DNA of 64,000 nucleotides from Rubripirellula sp. (GTDB lineage: Bacteria > Planctomycetota > Planctomycetia > Pirellulales > Pirellulaceae): positions 7,936,001-8,000,000 of the forward strand of contig OZ244207.1 in NCBI GenBank assembly GCA_965216875.1, written 5' to 3'. The position numbers were made by a program, and so were the translations under genes. Shown here in pieces: positions 20,249 to 31,600 of this stretch; position 1 is the first letter of the stretch, and each line of letters starts with the position of its first letter. Under the pieces are notes generated by a model, which saw only the letters and a list, made by a program, of their open reading frames with translations, was not told the origin of the DNA and searched no databases.

Positions 20249-21346
20249 ATGAGCGATTCATCGTCCACTGACAACAGCAATTCGATTGGCCGTCTGATGC
20301 GCGGCTTTAGTTGGGGCCAGCTCGGTCCGATGCTTGCTTTGGTCGTGATCATCGTCTTGTTTGCAATTGCCGAAGGGGCGTTGGGACAAGGCGTATTTGT
20401 GTCGGCACGCAATGCGCGCGTGATCCTCAGTTCAACAGCACTGGTTGCCGTCCCCGCCCTCGGGATGACGATCATCATCATCGCGGCTGGAATCGATTTG
20501 TCGGCCGGGACAGCGTTGACACTGTGCGGAACCGTGCTGGCGAGCTGCTTCAAGTTTTCAGAGGTCACGTCGGGGGAAAGTGGCTTTGCGTTTTACGTCA
20601 CGATGTACTTGGGGCTGACCGTTTTGGTTGGCTGCTTTTGCGGGGCCGTCAACGGCGGTTTGATTGCCGCAACAAGGGTCGTGCCTTTCATCGTCACGCT
20701 CGGAACGATGACCATCTTTCTTGGCGTTGGTCAAATCGTCGCCGATGAATCTTCGGTCAAAGCAGACCCCGATAGCTATCCCGAGTGGATCCGTTTCCTT
20801 TGCTACACCGGAAAGAATGCCGACAACTATTTGATGCCGTATCTTTCGATTCCCACCAGTGCATTAATTTGCGTTGCTCTGGCGATCTTGCTTGCCCTGG
20901 TGCTGAAGTACACCGTACTTGGTCGCAATATTTTTGCGATTGGTTCAAACGAATCGACAGCGCGTCTTTGCGGGATCAATGTTCCGTTGACGTTGATTGC
21001 GGTCTACACCATTTCAGGTTTCTTTGTTGCAGTCGGCGGGTTGCTTTATTTTTCGGACGTCAAAATTGGTAACCCTTCTGACGGTATGGGCAAAGAGCTA
21101 GAGATCATCGCGGCCGTCGTGCTTGGCGGCGGCAGTCTCAGCGGCGGTCGCGGTTCCGTGTTGGGAACGTTGGTCGGCGCTCTCATCATCACCGTGATCC
21201 GCAACGGCTGCACGCTGCTTTCGATACCCAATACATATACGCTGATCATCATCGGCTGCATCATCATCGCTGCTGTGATCGTCGATCAATTGCGACACGG
21301 GTCCCCCGAGTGGTTCTTTCGGATGATTCGTAAAGGCCCGCAGTGA
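20249..21346 (+). CDS. Sugar ABC transporter permease (RbsC-like)
   Basis: GIDLSAG, PFIVTLG, GRNIFAIGSN..TARLCGI and ELEIIAAVVLGGGSLSGGRG. Confidence 0.93.
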   Translation: MSDSSSTDNSNSIGRLMRGFSWGQLGPMLALVVIIVLFAIAEGALGQGVFVSARNARVILSSTALVAVPALGMTIIIIAAGIDLSAGTALTLCGTVLASCFKFSEVTSGESGFAFYVTMYLGLTVLVGCFCGAVNGGLIAATRVVPFIVTLGTMTIFLGVGQIVADESSVKADPDSYPEWIRFLCYTGKNADNYLMPYLSIPTSALICVALAILLALVLKYTVLGRNIFAIGSNESTARLCGINVPLTLIAVYTISGFFVAVGGLLYFSDVKIGNPSDGMGKELEIIAAVVLGGGSLSGGRGSVLGTLVGALIITVIRNGCTLLSIPNTYTLIIIGCIIIAAVIVDQLRHGSPEWFFRMIRKGPQ

Positions 21347-21465
21347 CAGGGTTTGCGATCGGTCGCGCCCTTCTGAAACGCTAAAATGTGCCTGTGGAGC
21401 GTGCCGCCATCGGGTGGCGACTTACAGACACGAAATGGCTGGCGGACGCGTGGTTCGTCATTGGA

Positions 21466-22806
21466 ATGAAATACAAGTTACATCTTCTTCTGGGCATCTT
21501 GGCGTGGACCACGGTGACGATTGCGGTTGCCGGCGTGGTGGGTGGACAAAGATCGAAAGCCAGCCGAACGGCGCTGGTGGACTATTTCACCAAGCGTCCG
21601 TCCACGCTGGAGTTGACCGATGCTTCGTCGAGATTGCGGCGAAATGATCCTGTCTTTATGCAAGACAGTAGCGGTCAATGGAGTCAGGTCGGCCACGTTG
21701 AACGCGGGCGAGCTGATGACAAGGGGCAGACGGGCAAGGGGCAGGCTGACGATCGTCAAGTAAGGATTCGTTGGTACGGTGATGTCGATCCCGACCAGCT
21801 CGAGTGGGAATACCACTACAGTTCCGGCCGGTTAGAGGAAGTGGTGCAGACCATGTTGCCGCCGGAGAAACGGGCTCAGATTCAACAGCGGTTTGCAGAT
21901 CTTTTCCAGCAGCATGGCCGAGAGATGACCGCGGCGCTCTTGCCGTTGGTTGAAGAGTCACTGCGACGGTCGGTTCCGATTGTCGAAAAGGAGTTTCGTG
22001 CGGCGACGAGACGTCATCGTGATGAAATCGATGAGCTCGCTTTGCGCTGGAATGAGGAAGTGATTGACGAGCGATTGATTCCGCTCGCACGTCGCGAAAT
22101 AATGCCATCGGTTCGCAGGCACGGCCAGCCGCTTGCTGAGGAGATTGGTCGCGAATTGTGGGATCGCGCTTCCCTGTGGCGATTCGGGTGGCGCGCACTC
22201 TATGACAAAGCCCCTTTGCCACAACGCAACTTGGTGCGAAGCGAGTGGGACCGCTTCGTCGAACAGGAAGCTGAACCGGTTTTCCGATCGCATTCGGACG
22301 ACATCGTGGGAGTGGTTCAGCGAATCATGACCGACGTTGCTTCGAACCGAAATGTTCGCCGCGAACTTGGCGAAGTGGCCGAGTCCGTTGCGTCGGACCC
22401 GGATGCACGAGCTCTTGTACGTGTTCTGTTGAAAGAGTCGCTGCTCGAGAACCAGGAGTTGCGTGATCTGTGGAAGGAGATTTGGACAAGCGACCGAGCT
22501 CGGAGTGCGATTGACCTTGCCGGTGACCGGATTGAACCTGTTGTGCGTTCGATCGGTGATGACCTTTTCGGGACGCCTGAGGATGGGATCAATCCCGATT
22601 TTGCACGGGTCCTTCGAAATCAAATCCTTGGCAAAGACCGGCGCTGGATCGTGGCGACCGCAGGGGATGCGGATTCTGCCGCGGATCCAGTGATCACCAT
22701 TGCCAGTGGTTCGATGCCCTACCCGCTCGTTTACATGGCCGACGGCATCGACCCATTTGCTGCGCCAGCCGTCGAATCGCGCGCGGAGGCTGGCAAGAGT
22801 GAGTGA
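21466..22806 (+). CDS. Membrane-anchored protein with divergent MCE/MlaD-like N-domain and long helical region
   Basis: N-terminal TM; ASSRLRRNDPVF...VGHVE resembles the MCE pattern GL..G.PV...G..VG.V. About 280 aa look amphipathic-helical. Overlaps the start of the MlaFE fusion. Confidence 0.6.
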   Translation: MKYKLHLLLGILAWTTVTIAVAGVVGGQRSKASRTALVDYFTKRPSTLELTDASSRLRRNDPVFMQDSSGQWSQVGHVERGRADDKGQTGKGQADDRQVRIRWYGDVDPDQLEWEYHYSSGRLEEVVQTMLPPEKRAQIQQRFADLFQQHGREMTAALLPLVEESLRRSVPIVEKEFRAATRRHRDEIDELALRWNEEVIDERLIPLARREIMPSVRRHGQPLAEEIGRELWDRASLWRFGWRALYDKAPLPQRNLVRSEWDRFVEQEAEPVFRSHSDDIVGVVQRIMTDVASNRNVRRELGEVAESVASDPDARALVRVLLKESLLENQELRDLWKEIWTSDRARSAIDLAGDRIEPVVRSIGDDLFGTPEDGINPDFARVLRNQILGKDRRWIVATAGDADSAADPVITIASGSMPYPLVYMADGIDPFAAPAVESRAEAGKSE

Positions 22807-24370
22807 CGATGAGCCTCGCGAGCTTCGCCCGCTGCGTCTGTCTCAATTGCATATCGCGGTGGGCGACCTAGTCCTGTTGAACGAGACATCGCTGGATGTT
22901 TCCGCTGGCAAAATCACGGTGATTGTGGGTGGTAGCGGGGCGGGAAAATCGGTGCTGCTGCGCACCCTTGCCGGTTTGATCCCCAAGCAGGGCGGCCCGG
23001 TCACTTGGCGCGGAAGCATCGAGTTTGGCGAAACAAAACCGCGGGTTGGGATCGTATTCCAGCAGTTTGCCCTGTTCGATGAATTGTCGCCAACAGCAAA
23101 CGTGCAATTCGCAATCGATCACCGAACCGATCGATCGAAACCACCGGGCCAGACGGCGGCAGAATGGTTGGACGAATTGGGCGTTCCGGCCAAGACACGC
23201 GTGTCAGCACTGAGCGGCGGACAAAAGCAACGCCTCGCGATCGCGAGAACATTGGCAGCAGACCCCGACGTTGTGCTTTATGACGAACCGACCTCAGGAC
23301 TCGATGCGGCGAGCGGAAAAAAAGTCGCTGATCTGATCCGGGCAACCCAGACAGCTCATCGTCGCACCAGCATCGTCGTCACGCATGATTATGAAACGTT
23401 GCTGCCGATCGCAGATGAAGTCCTCTTGCTTGATGCGGGCGAGGCAAAGCTGATTCCGATTCCTAAAGAAGAATGGGATCAGATTCCCGATCGAATGGCA
23501 CTCGTTCAACGTGGAAGCAATGTCGCCGGCAAGCTGTCGAGTGGCGAACCGTCCCGGATGCCCGTCTGGGTTGGCCAACGATTGGGCGACTTCATGGCGG
23601 CAAGCGGTCGAGTGGTGACCGCGTCGGCCCGGTTGCCCTATGATTTGCTTCCGATCGTCCCGCGACCTCGCTGGGGCATCCGATTTCTGATGCACTATTT
23701 GCGATTGGTTGGTGGGCCATCGGCGTGGCTGTACCTGATCATGGCAGGAATGATTGTCGGGTTCACGGCGACCTATTTCACGTTTCGTTTCCTGCCGTTC
23801 CGGCTTTACACCCAGCCCTTGTTGATTGATGAACTGTTGTCATCGATCGGGTTTGCGCTCTATCGAATTCTCGTTCCGGTGCTGGCAACCGTTTTGGTCG
23901 CAGCCCGTTGCGGTGCTGCGGTTGCCGCGGACGTGGGCGTCAAGCAATACGGTGGGCAAGCGGACGCAATGCGCACACTTGGGGTCAAGCCGCGATCTTA
24001 CTTGATGTTGCCGATTGTCGTTGCCTTTGTGATCGCCACGCCCCTCTTGGAATGGCTTGCCTTTTCGGCCGCCCAGTGGGTCAGCTTGATCACGTTTGCT
24101 GAGACCCATCCCGAGGTTGGTTTGCATTACTGGAATCAACATTTCTTTCGCAATTTGACCGACGAGGGCTCGTCGATGCTGGTGGGATGGCATTGGGTGA
24201 CATTGAAAAACGTTCTCTGTGGTGTCGGTACGGCGACGATCGGTTACTATCGTGGGATTGCCGCCAAGCACTCGACAACCGATGTTTCCAACGCGATCAC
24301 GGCGACCGTGTTGTGGACCACACTTTATGTGCTGGTTGTTCATTTCGTTGTCGCCCTGCTGGAATTCTAG
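22799..24370 (+). CDS. Fused MlaF-like ABC ATPase and MlaE-like permease
   Basis: GGSGAGKS, VFQQ, LSGGQ, YDEPTSGLD and VTHD, followed by MlaE-type PVLATVLVAARCGAAVAAD.G......DAMRTLGVKP.SYL and KNVLCG...YYRG...DVSNAITATV. Confidence 0.88.
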   Translation: MSDDEPRELRPLRLSQLHIAVGDLVLLNETSLDVSAGKITVIVGGSGAGKSVLLRTLAGLIPKQGGPVTWRGSIEFGETKPRVGIVFQQFALFDELSPTANVQFAIDHRTDRSKPPGQTAAEWLDELGVPAKTRVSALSGGQKQRLAIARTLAADPDVVLYDEPTSGLDAASGKKVADLIRATQTAHRRTSIVVTHDYETLLPIADEVLLLDAGEAKLIPIPKEEWDQIPDRMALVQRGSNVAGKLSSGEPSRMPVWVGQRLGDFMAASGRVVTASARLPYDLLPIVPRPRWGIRFLMHYLRLVGGPSAWLYLIMAGMIVGFTATYFTFRFLPFRLYTQPLLIDELLSSIGFALYRILVPVLATVLVAARCGAAVAADVGVKQYGGQADAMRTLGVKPRSYLMLPIVVAFVIATPLLEWLAFSAAQWVSLITFAETHPEVGLHYWNQHFFRNLTDEGSSMLVGWHWVTLKNVLCGVGTATIGYYRGIAAKHSTTDVSNAITATVLWTTLYVLVVHFVVALLEF

Positions 24371-24440
24371 CAGTCGCTTTTTTGCCTGCTTTTCAACAAA
24401 AGTTCATAACACATTTCATTGCCAACGAGTAAAAACAGGA

Positions 24441-24614
24441 ATGGATAAGAAAGCCAAGAAACGCCTTGATGTGATCAACAAGAAGTTGCAAACTTTGCGC
24501 CCGCGATTGGCTGGTTCAAAGCAACAGGCGGACGATCCCGAAGAGCTGAAGCAGCTTGAAGACGAGATCGCCAAACTTGAAGCGGAGGCTGCCGAAATCA
24601 AAGCATCAAAGTAA
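24441..24614 (+). CDS. Small coiled-coil hypothetical protein (57 aa)
   Basis: MDKKAKKRLDVINKKLQTLRPRLAG...LEDEIAKLEAE; a clean heptad pattern filling the intergenic gap. Confidence 0.7.
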   Translation: MDKKAKKRLDVINKKLQTLRPRLAGSKQQADDPEELKQLEDEIAKLEAEAAEIKASK

Positions 24615-24748
24615 CTTGGCTTTGAGATCAATGGTCGGACCAAACGTTCACTTGCAATTGGGCTGTGTTGCTCGTGGACGCGATGATGCACGGTCAAAAT
24701 GTGCGACCGCACGGCGGTTGCAAACTCTTTTCAACAGGGAATATTCAC

Positions 24749-25273
24749 ATGCGTTTTCTATTGCTCGCTGCGCTGCCACTGCTGATGGCAGTGACAACTC
24801 TCGCACAAGCTCCACCAAAGTTGACCAAACATCACAAACGGATTGCCGAAGATGTTGGCAAGTGGACCGGCACCATGAAGGTCAAAATGCCCGGCGCCGC
24901 CGATGAAGTCGAAATGCCGATCGTCGAAGAGAATAGCTTGATCGATGGTGGCATGTGGTTGATCAGCGCCTTCGAGTCGGGGCCGTTCAAGGGCCAAGGG
25001 CAATTCGGCTATGACACAAACAAAAAGAAGTACGTTGGTACTTGGGTCGACAATCAATCTTCGCACTTGAACATCATGGAAGGTGAGTACGACGAAAAGT
25101 CAGGCGAGCTCGTGATGACATTCGAAGGTCGAGATGAAATGTCAGGTCAGCTCGTCGACATGAAGTCGGTCACCACGCGTCCTTCGGACGACAAGCGTCT
25201 GTTTGTGATGTACGCCAAGCGTGAAGGCGAGTGGTCGAAGATGTTTGAGATTCACTACTCCAAAGCTGAGTAG
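24749..25273 (+). CDS. Secreted DUF1579-like beta-barrel protein
   Basis: Signal peptide ending in TLA-Q; VGKWTG, GGMWLI and F.GQGQFGYD...KKYVGTWVD. Confidence 0.8.
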   Translation: MRFLLLAALPLLMAVTTLAQAPPKLTKHHKRIAEDVGKWTGTMKVKMPGAADEVEMPIVEENSLIDGGMWLISAFESGPFKGQGQFGYDTNKKKYVGTWVDNQSSHLNIMEGEYDEKSGELVMTFEGRDEMSGQLVDMKSVTTRPSDDKRLFVMYAKREGEWSKMFEIHYSKAE

Positions 25274-25297
25274 CAGGATTCGTTTCCCATTGCCAAG

Positions 25298-25610
25298 GTT
25301 TTAAGTTCCGTCTTCAGTCGGAAGCGATCGAAGATTCCGGCTGAAGCTCGGTGCTGCGAATTGGCGTATTCCCACGCTCTGGCGAGCGTCGCTACGAAGA
25401 GTGGTACTGCCCGACACTAACGCGTTCGGCTCACCGTTCGTAGCTACCTTCGCCAGAAGGTGGTTCCCATTGTCAGGCCGGCATCCACAATCACCACGCT
25501 CTGGCGAGCGTCGTTAGGAAGAGGGGTAACGCCCGACGCTAGTGCGTTCGGCTCACCGTTTGTAGTCCCGCCTTTAGGCGGAATTTCCCGCGGGTTCACA
25601 CTCGGCTCAT
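25298..25610. repeat. Large REP mosaic (A, B and C families) between convergent genes
   Basis: A2' at 25331-25360, C1' at 25372-25396, B' at 25409-25434, C2 (GTAGCTACCTTCGCCAGAAGGTGG) at 25440-25463, C1' at 25494-25517, B' at 25531-25556 and A1 (GTAGTCCCGCCTTTAGGCGG) at 25562-25581. Confidence 0.9.
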
Positions 25611-28600
25611 GCCTCGCTCGTTACCGAGGCCTCGCTGGGGACGATGAGTTCGTCGGTTGTTTCGGCTAGCGAAACGATCGACGGGTTGTCGACGAATCGG
25701 TTGATCGGGATCGAGATATCGAGTTTGGCTTCGATCGTGTTCTTCAGTTCGAATGCCATGAGCGAATCGAGGCCCAGTGCGGCAAGGGGCGCTTGCGGGT
25801 CGATCGCTTCCGCACCTGTCGACATGATCGACGCGAGTTGACCGATGAAGTAGTCGGTGATCCGTTGGCGACGTTGGTCACTCTCGAGTCGTTTGATTTC
25901 CGAAAGGAACGGGGTGTCGATGGACGTTGAACCGCCAACGGCGGAATCGGCGTCGCTTTTTTGCGAACGCAGAATGGACGGGATTGAAGTTTCCTTCGTG
26001 CCGCCGAGCATGACACCAAACTTGGCATCAACTGCGACAAAGGACTCGCGGTTTTCGACGGCCCCGTCGATGAGAAGGTCAAGTGCGGCGTCAAATTTCA
26101 ACGGTGTTAGCCCGCGCGACGCCAGATTCTTGAGTCGAGCTGGGTCGTCGGCCATGCCGCCAATGTCAACCGAAGCATTGGATCCCCACGGTCCCCAATG
26201 AACGATCGAGGCGGGCTTTCCCTTGGCGCGGCGACGTTTGACAAAGCCTTGCAAGAACGCGTTTGCAGCTGCGTAGTTGGCTTGCCCAGGAGAGCCAAAG
26301 ACCGAAGCGACCGAGCCAAGCACAGTGAAACTTGAAATCGGTTGATGCTTGGTTACCTTTTCGAGTGCGATCACACCGTCGACTTTCGGTGCAAGGACTC
26401 GTTGCAGCGAGTCGGCATCGAGGTCGTGGACCATCCGATCATCAAGCAGTCCGGCGGCATGCACCACGCCAACGACCTTGCCGAATTGGGAGACCGCTTG
26501 ATCAACGGCCTCGTTCATCGAAGCCTCATCCGAGCAGTCCGCTTGTAGGTACGCGATTGATCCGTTTTGTGTCTTCGCCCAATCTTGCAGTGATTGGACT
26601 GCGTCGTTTACTGGCCGGCGGGCGACCAGAGCAACCGCAGTCGCACCTCGCTGGATAAGTCGTTTGGCAAGACCCAGGGCGATCGATCCGCTACCGCCGG
26701 TGATCAGATAGGCACCCTCACGTGCAACACGTTCTGGTTCTGGAGTGGTCGGCGTCAAAACGATTTTACCGATGTTCCGCCGACCAGCCATGAATCGCAT
26801 CGCCTCTGCAAGTTCGCTTAGACGAAACGACGTCAGCGGCGTCGATTGGTAGGTGCCGTCCTGGAACAGCTCAGTGACTTCTCGGAAGAGCTCACGCACC
26901 TCGGCTTCGCGAAAACGGAACATGCGATCGAGGTCGATCGCCGAGTACGAGAGGTTGTCTTGGAATGGAAGGAGCCCGATGGCGCGGTTTTGGTAGATGT
27001 CGGTCTTGCCGATTTCCAAGAACCGCCCGTGTGCGGCCAGCAGTCCCAGAGATGCATCAATCCATTCACCGGGCATGGAGTTAAGGACAACGTCGACTCC
27101 CGTTCCACCCGTGCGCTGACGAATCTGTTGAATCGAATCAAGGTCGCGGCTCGAATAGATGTTCTCGGCTGGCACGCCCATTTGCTGGAGCAGACGACGT
27201 TTGGCAGGGCTGCCGGCTGTTGTAAAGACTTCGGCGCCGATGGAATGGGCGATTTGAATCGCTGCCAAGCCGACGCCGCCCGCGCCGGCGTGAATGAGAA
27301 CTTTCTCACCCGATTGCAAACGTGCGATTTTTCGCAAGGCATGATGCGCCGTCAGAAAGACGATCGGAATGGAGGCCGCCTCTTGATCGCTCAGCGATTC
27401 GGGGACGGGGACTACCAGGTAGTCCTTGGTCACCGCGTGCGATGCGAATCCATAAGGCACGACCCCCATCACGCGTTTGCCAACGAGACTTGAGTCGACG
27501 TTTTCGCCGACGCTTGTCACACGTCCGCAGATCTCAATGCCCATCGGCACGACTTCGTCTTCGATGCCAGGGTAGAGTCCCATCGCTTTGAGCACATCGC
27601 TGAAGTTCAGTCCGATCGCCGAAACTTCGAGCAGCAGTTCACCCGAGGCAGGCTTAGGCAAAGCGATCCGCTCAGTCCACAGTCCTTCCATCCGGTCGGT
27701 GCCATCAAGACGGACGCGATAGCTTCCATGGGACGGGACGGACAACGAAGCGTCGCTTTCGTCTGCAATCAACCGTGGTGCGAAGAAGCGGCTGCGGCGC
27801 AGGGCCAGTTGAGATTCATTGCCGCTCCGTCCAAGCCAATTTGCGATCGCGCTGGCCGAGTCCTCGTCAATGGAATCAACGTCAAGGCACCGAACCTCTA
27901 GTTGTGGGTGCTCATTGGCCACGACCCTTGCCATCGCATCGAGGGCGGTCGCGACCGGATCGGACGGTTCGCCGATGCCGATCGAGTGCGCCTGTTTGGT
28001 GACAATGGATAACATCGGCGCACGATTCGCGTTGAGTGCCGATTTTACCGTTGCCAACAATTGACTTGTTGCTTTGGTGGTCGCTTGGCTTTCGTCGTCC
28101 TCATGCGCCGTCCAGGTCCAAACCCAATGCTCGCGCGTCTCCGATGCGTCGAAGGGAGGCGCGACGATGGATTCAAGTTCTTCGTTACCCAGAAAGACAA
28201 TCGGATGCGAGGACTCGATCTGAAAGCCAAGTTCCGACTCGTCGGCGGATTCAACGTCAAGCGAGGGTTCCCACCGTGTGTGGTAGATCCAATTCTCAGG
28301 ATTGGCAACGGTGGTCGAGTTCGATTTTGAAAGAGCTTTCAACTGAACCGACGAAAGCGATGCGACGCATTCGTCGTTTACCGCGAGCAAGTCGATGTCA
28401 GCGGTGATCAAGTTGGCCGACGCTTGCGTGCAATGCACGATCGCCTTCGCAATCGGAGCAAGCTCACCCAATCGAATCTTACCGATCGTCGATGGCAGGT
28501 AGGTGGTTGACTTGAGCGTGTCGGGAACGACCGCGGCGATCGTCTGCAACGCCCCATCAATCAGCGTGGGATGCAATTGCGATGCCGCGTTGTCCAGGTT

Positions 28601-31600
28601 GGGCGAAAGCTGCAACTTCGCGATGGCATGACGACCGTCTGATTCGATCGCGGTAATCACTTGGAAGTCGGGGCCGTATTCGAGCCCAACGGCTGACATC
28701 GCTTCATAAAGTGAATCGACATCGACCGCCGATACGTTGTCCGCCGGTTCGCAAAGTGAACGATGAGTCGAGGCGAGATGGGACGCTCGTACTGCAACTG
28801 CGGTAGCGCACGATTGCCACTCCGCCGATTCGACATCGGTCAAAGCACTGATTTGGATTCGGCTGCGACCGCCGCGGATTGGCGAAACATCGATCTGCAC
28901 CTCGACCGGTTGGCCTTGCTCAAGGAAGAGAGCACGTTCAATGTCGAGGTCGCAGATTTCAAACGACGCTTCTTCAAAGACGTCGGCTGCGGCGGCGCGA
29001 ATGGCCTCGATCCAGGCGGCTGCCGGAACAGTAACGGCGCCACTGACGACATGGTCGGAAAGATAATACGGTTCTTCGCTTCTCAGCGCATTGCGGAACA
29101 GGGTGTGCCCGGACGCAAGCTGTTGTCGAACACCGAGTAGCGGATGAACCACTGCGCCGCCCGCTTCGTGGTTTCCCGCTTTGGGCGGTTCGTACCAACA
29201 CCGCTGGTGCTGAAACGGATAGTTGGGAAGCGAGCATGCGCCGCGCGGAACTTCGCGCGAATTCAGCTTGGCCTTGGCGCCGACCGACCAAGCTTCGGCG
29301 AGCGTTTGGGACCAACACAAAAGGTCGGGGCGTTTGCCGTCGATGACCGCCGTTGTCTTCAGTTCGTTCGTCGTGCGCTGCGAGGTGGATGCGGCGAGTG
29401 TTCGTCGCACCATCCCACAGAGTTGCGATTTGGGACCGACTTCGATTGCCAGGTCGACGTCCAACTCGGCCAATGTTTCGATCGCATCGGAAAATCGCAC
29501 GGGACTCAGCAGATGCTTGATCCAGTAATCGACGTCGATCTTGGTTTCGCGAACGCCTGTCAGCGTCGAAATGAATGTGGCGGTGCCCGGAATCGTTTTG
29601 GGCTTCAGGAACGCGGAAAGCTCCTCACGCAGCGGCTCGGCCGCGTCGAGCATCAATGGCGAATGGAAGGCATGGGAGACGGCGAGCCGACGAGTCGCCA
29701 CATTTTGGTCGTTGGCGTGCTCGATCATGGCTTCGACTTCGTCGCATGTTCCAGCGATCACCGTGTTGCCGTGCCCGTTCATCGCGGCAATCACGACGGA
29801 AGAACCCGTTGCTTCGATCCAGCGCGAGACAACGTCGTCGGTTGTCAAAATGGCCGCCATTGCACCGGCGGCTTTTGAATCTTCCACTGACGTCAGCTGC
29901 CCCATCAGCCGACCGCGAATGGTTGCGATCCGGAGTGCTTCTTTGCGGTCGAGCACACCGATCGCGTAGAGTCCTGCGATCTCGCCGATGCTGTGCCCAA
30001 CGACAACATTGGGTTTCACGCCGTGAGCTCGCAACGCGTCAACCATCGCACACTCAATGGCACAGATCGCTGGTTGCGCGTACGACGTGTGATCGAGATT
30101 GCGAACGGACTTGCCCGCGATGATTTCGGAAAGTGGTTCGTCGATCCAGTTGTTGATCAGCGTTTCGCATTTGCCCAAGGCTTCGCGAAACTCCGGAACG
30201 TCGCTTGCCAGCTGCGATGCCATCGAAATGGCCTGTGAACCTTGGCCGGTGAACATCATCGCAATCCGAGGCCGACGGCTGGTGCTCTTTTGACCATCGA
30301 TCACATCGGTCTCGGAATCGGCCGCAAATCGTCGCAACGAATGTGCGATTTCATCGCTCGTTTTGCCGATGGCGACCGCACGGAAGGGAAGCCCAGCGCG
30401 ATGGCTGGTGGCAGCAGCGCAGAGATCGGCTAGGGCGCGTTGGTCGCGGCCGGACACGGTATCGGCATATGCGGCTGCAAGCTTCTTGATTGCCGTCGAA
30501 TCTCGAGCTGACAGTGGCAGCGAATAAAGGTTTTGATCTGATTCGTGCCCTTCGGTTTCAGCCGTTGTTGCGATGGGCTGTTGAACAATGACGTGAGCAT
30601 TCGTTCCGCTGAATCCGAATGAACTGATGCCGGCAATGCGGAGGTCGCGTCCATTGGGTTTCCAATCTTGCGACGTCCGCGCGACCTCGATGACACCGGC
30701 GGGGATTCGAATATTGGGATTGAGCGTGGCGAAGTTGGGTTGAGCAGGGATCGTTTGATGCCGAAGCATTTCAACGAGTTTGATGAAACCGGCGATTCCA
30801 GAGGCGGTTTCGGTGTGCCCGACATTTGCCTTGACACTTCCAACGCGGATGGGATCGTGATTGGCTGTGCGACTTGAAAAGACTTCACCGAGGGCCATCA
30901 TCTCGATTGGGTCACCGAGAGGTGTGCCCGTTCCGTGGGCCTCGACATAGCCGATGTCGTCGACACTGATGCCCGCGGCGTCGATGGCTTGACGCACCAC
31001 CGCGACTTGAGATTGTGAGTTGGGTGCAGTGATGCCGCTCGTGCGACCGTCTTGATTGACGGCACTTCCGAGGACGATCGCTTGTATGTTGTTTTTTTGT
31101 CGAGTTGCATCGGCGGTACGCTGCAACAAGACGACGCCGCAACCTTCGCCTCGCACATAGCCGTTAGCGTCGCGGTCAAACGGGCGGCAACGTCCATCGG
31201 GGCTAAGCATCTTCGCTTTGGAAAAGGCGATGGACGTCTCAGGCGAAACAATGGCGTTGACACCGCCAACGACGGCAAAGTCACATTCGCCACGTTCAAG
31301 TGACACGACTGCCGAATGCATCGCAACCAGCGAAGACGAACAGGCGGTGTCGAGGACCATGGTGGGACCGCGAAAGTCGAACAGGTAACTGATGCGACCC
31401 GCAGCAATGCTGAGCGCGTTGCCCGTTCCCGTGTGGGCATCGACGTGTTCGAAGTAGTTGGGGTAGCGCGCCGGGACTTTCGAATAGTCGGTCGTGCCAA
31501 CGCCAATGAAGACCCCTGTCTTGCTTCCGGCGAGCGTGTCGATGGGGATCCCTGCGTTTTCGAACGCTTCCCAGGTGACTTCCAATAACAAACGTTGCTG

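Noticed and set aside
9894..21346. Nucleoside salvage regulon linking cdd/pdp to the ribose-like ABC transporter
   Set aside because: Separated by five unrelated genes; the transporter substrate cannot be inferred from sequence.
25298..25610. Possible CRISPR array
   Set aside because: Units differ in family and orientation, spacing is irregular, the same motifs are dispersed elsewhere, and no cas genes are present.
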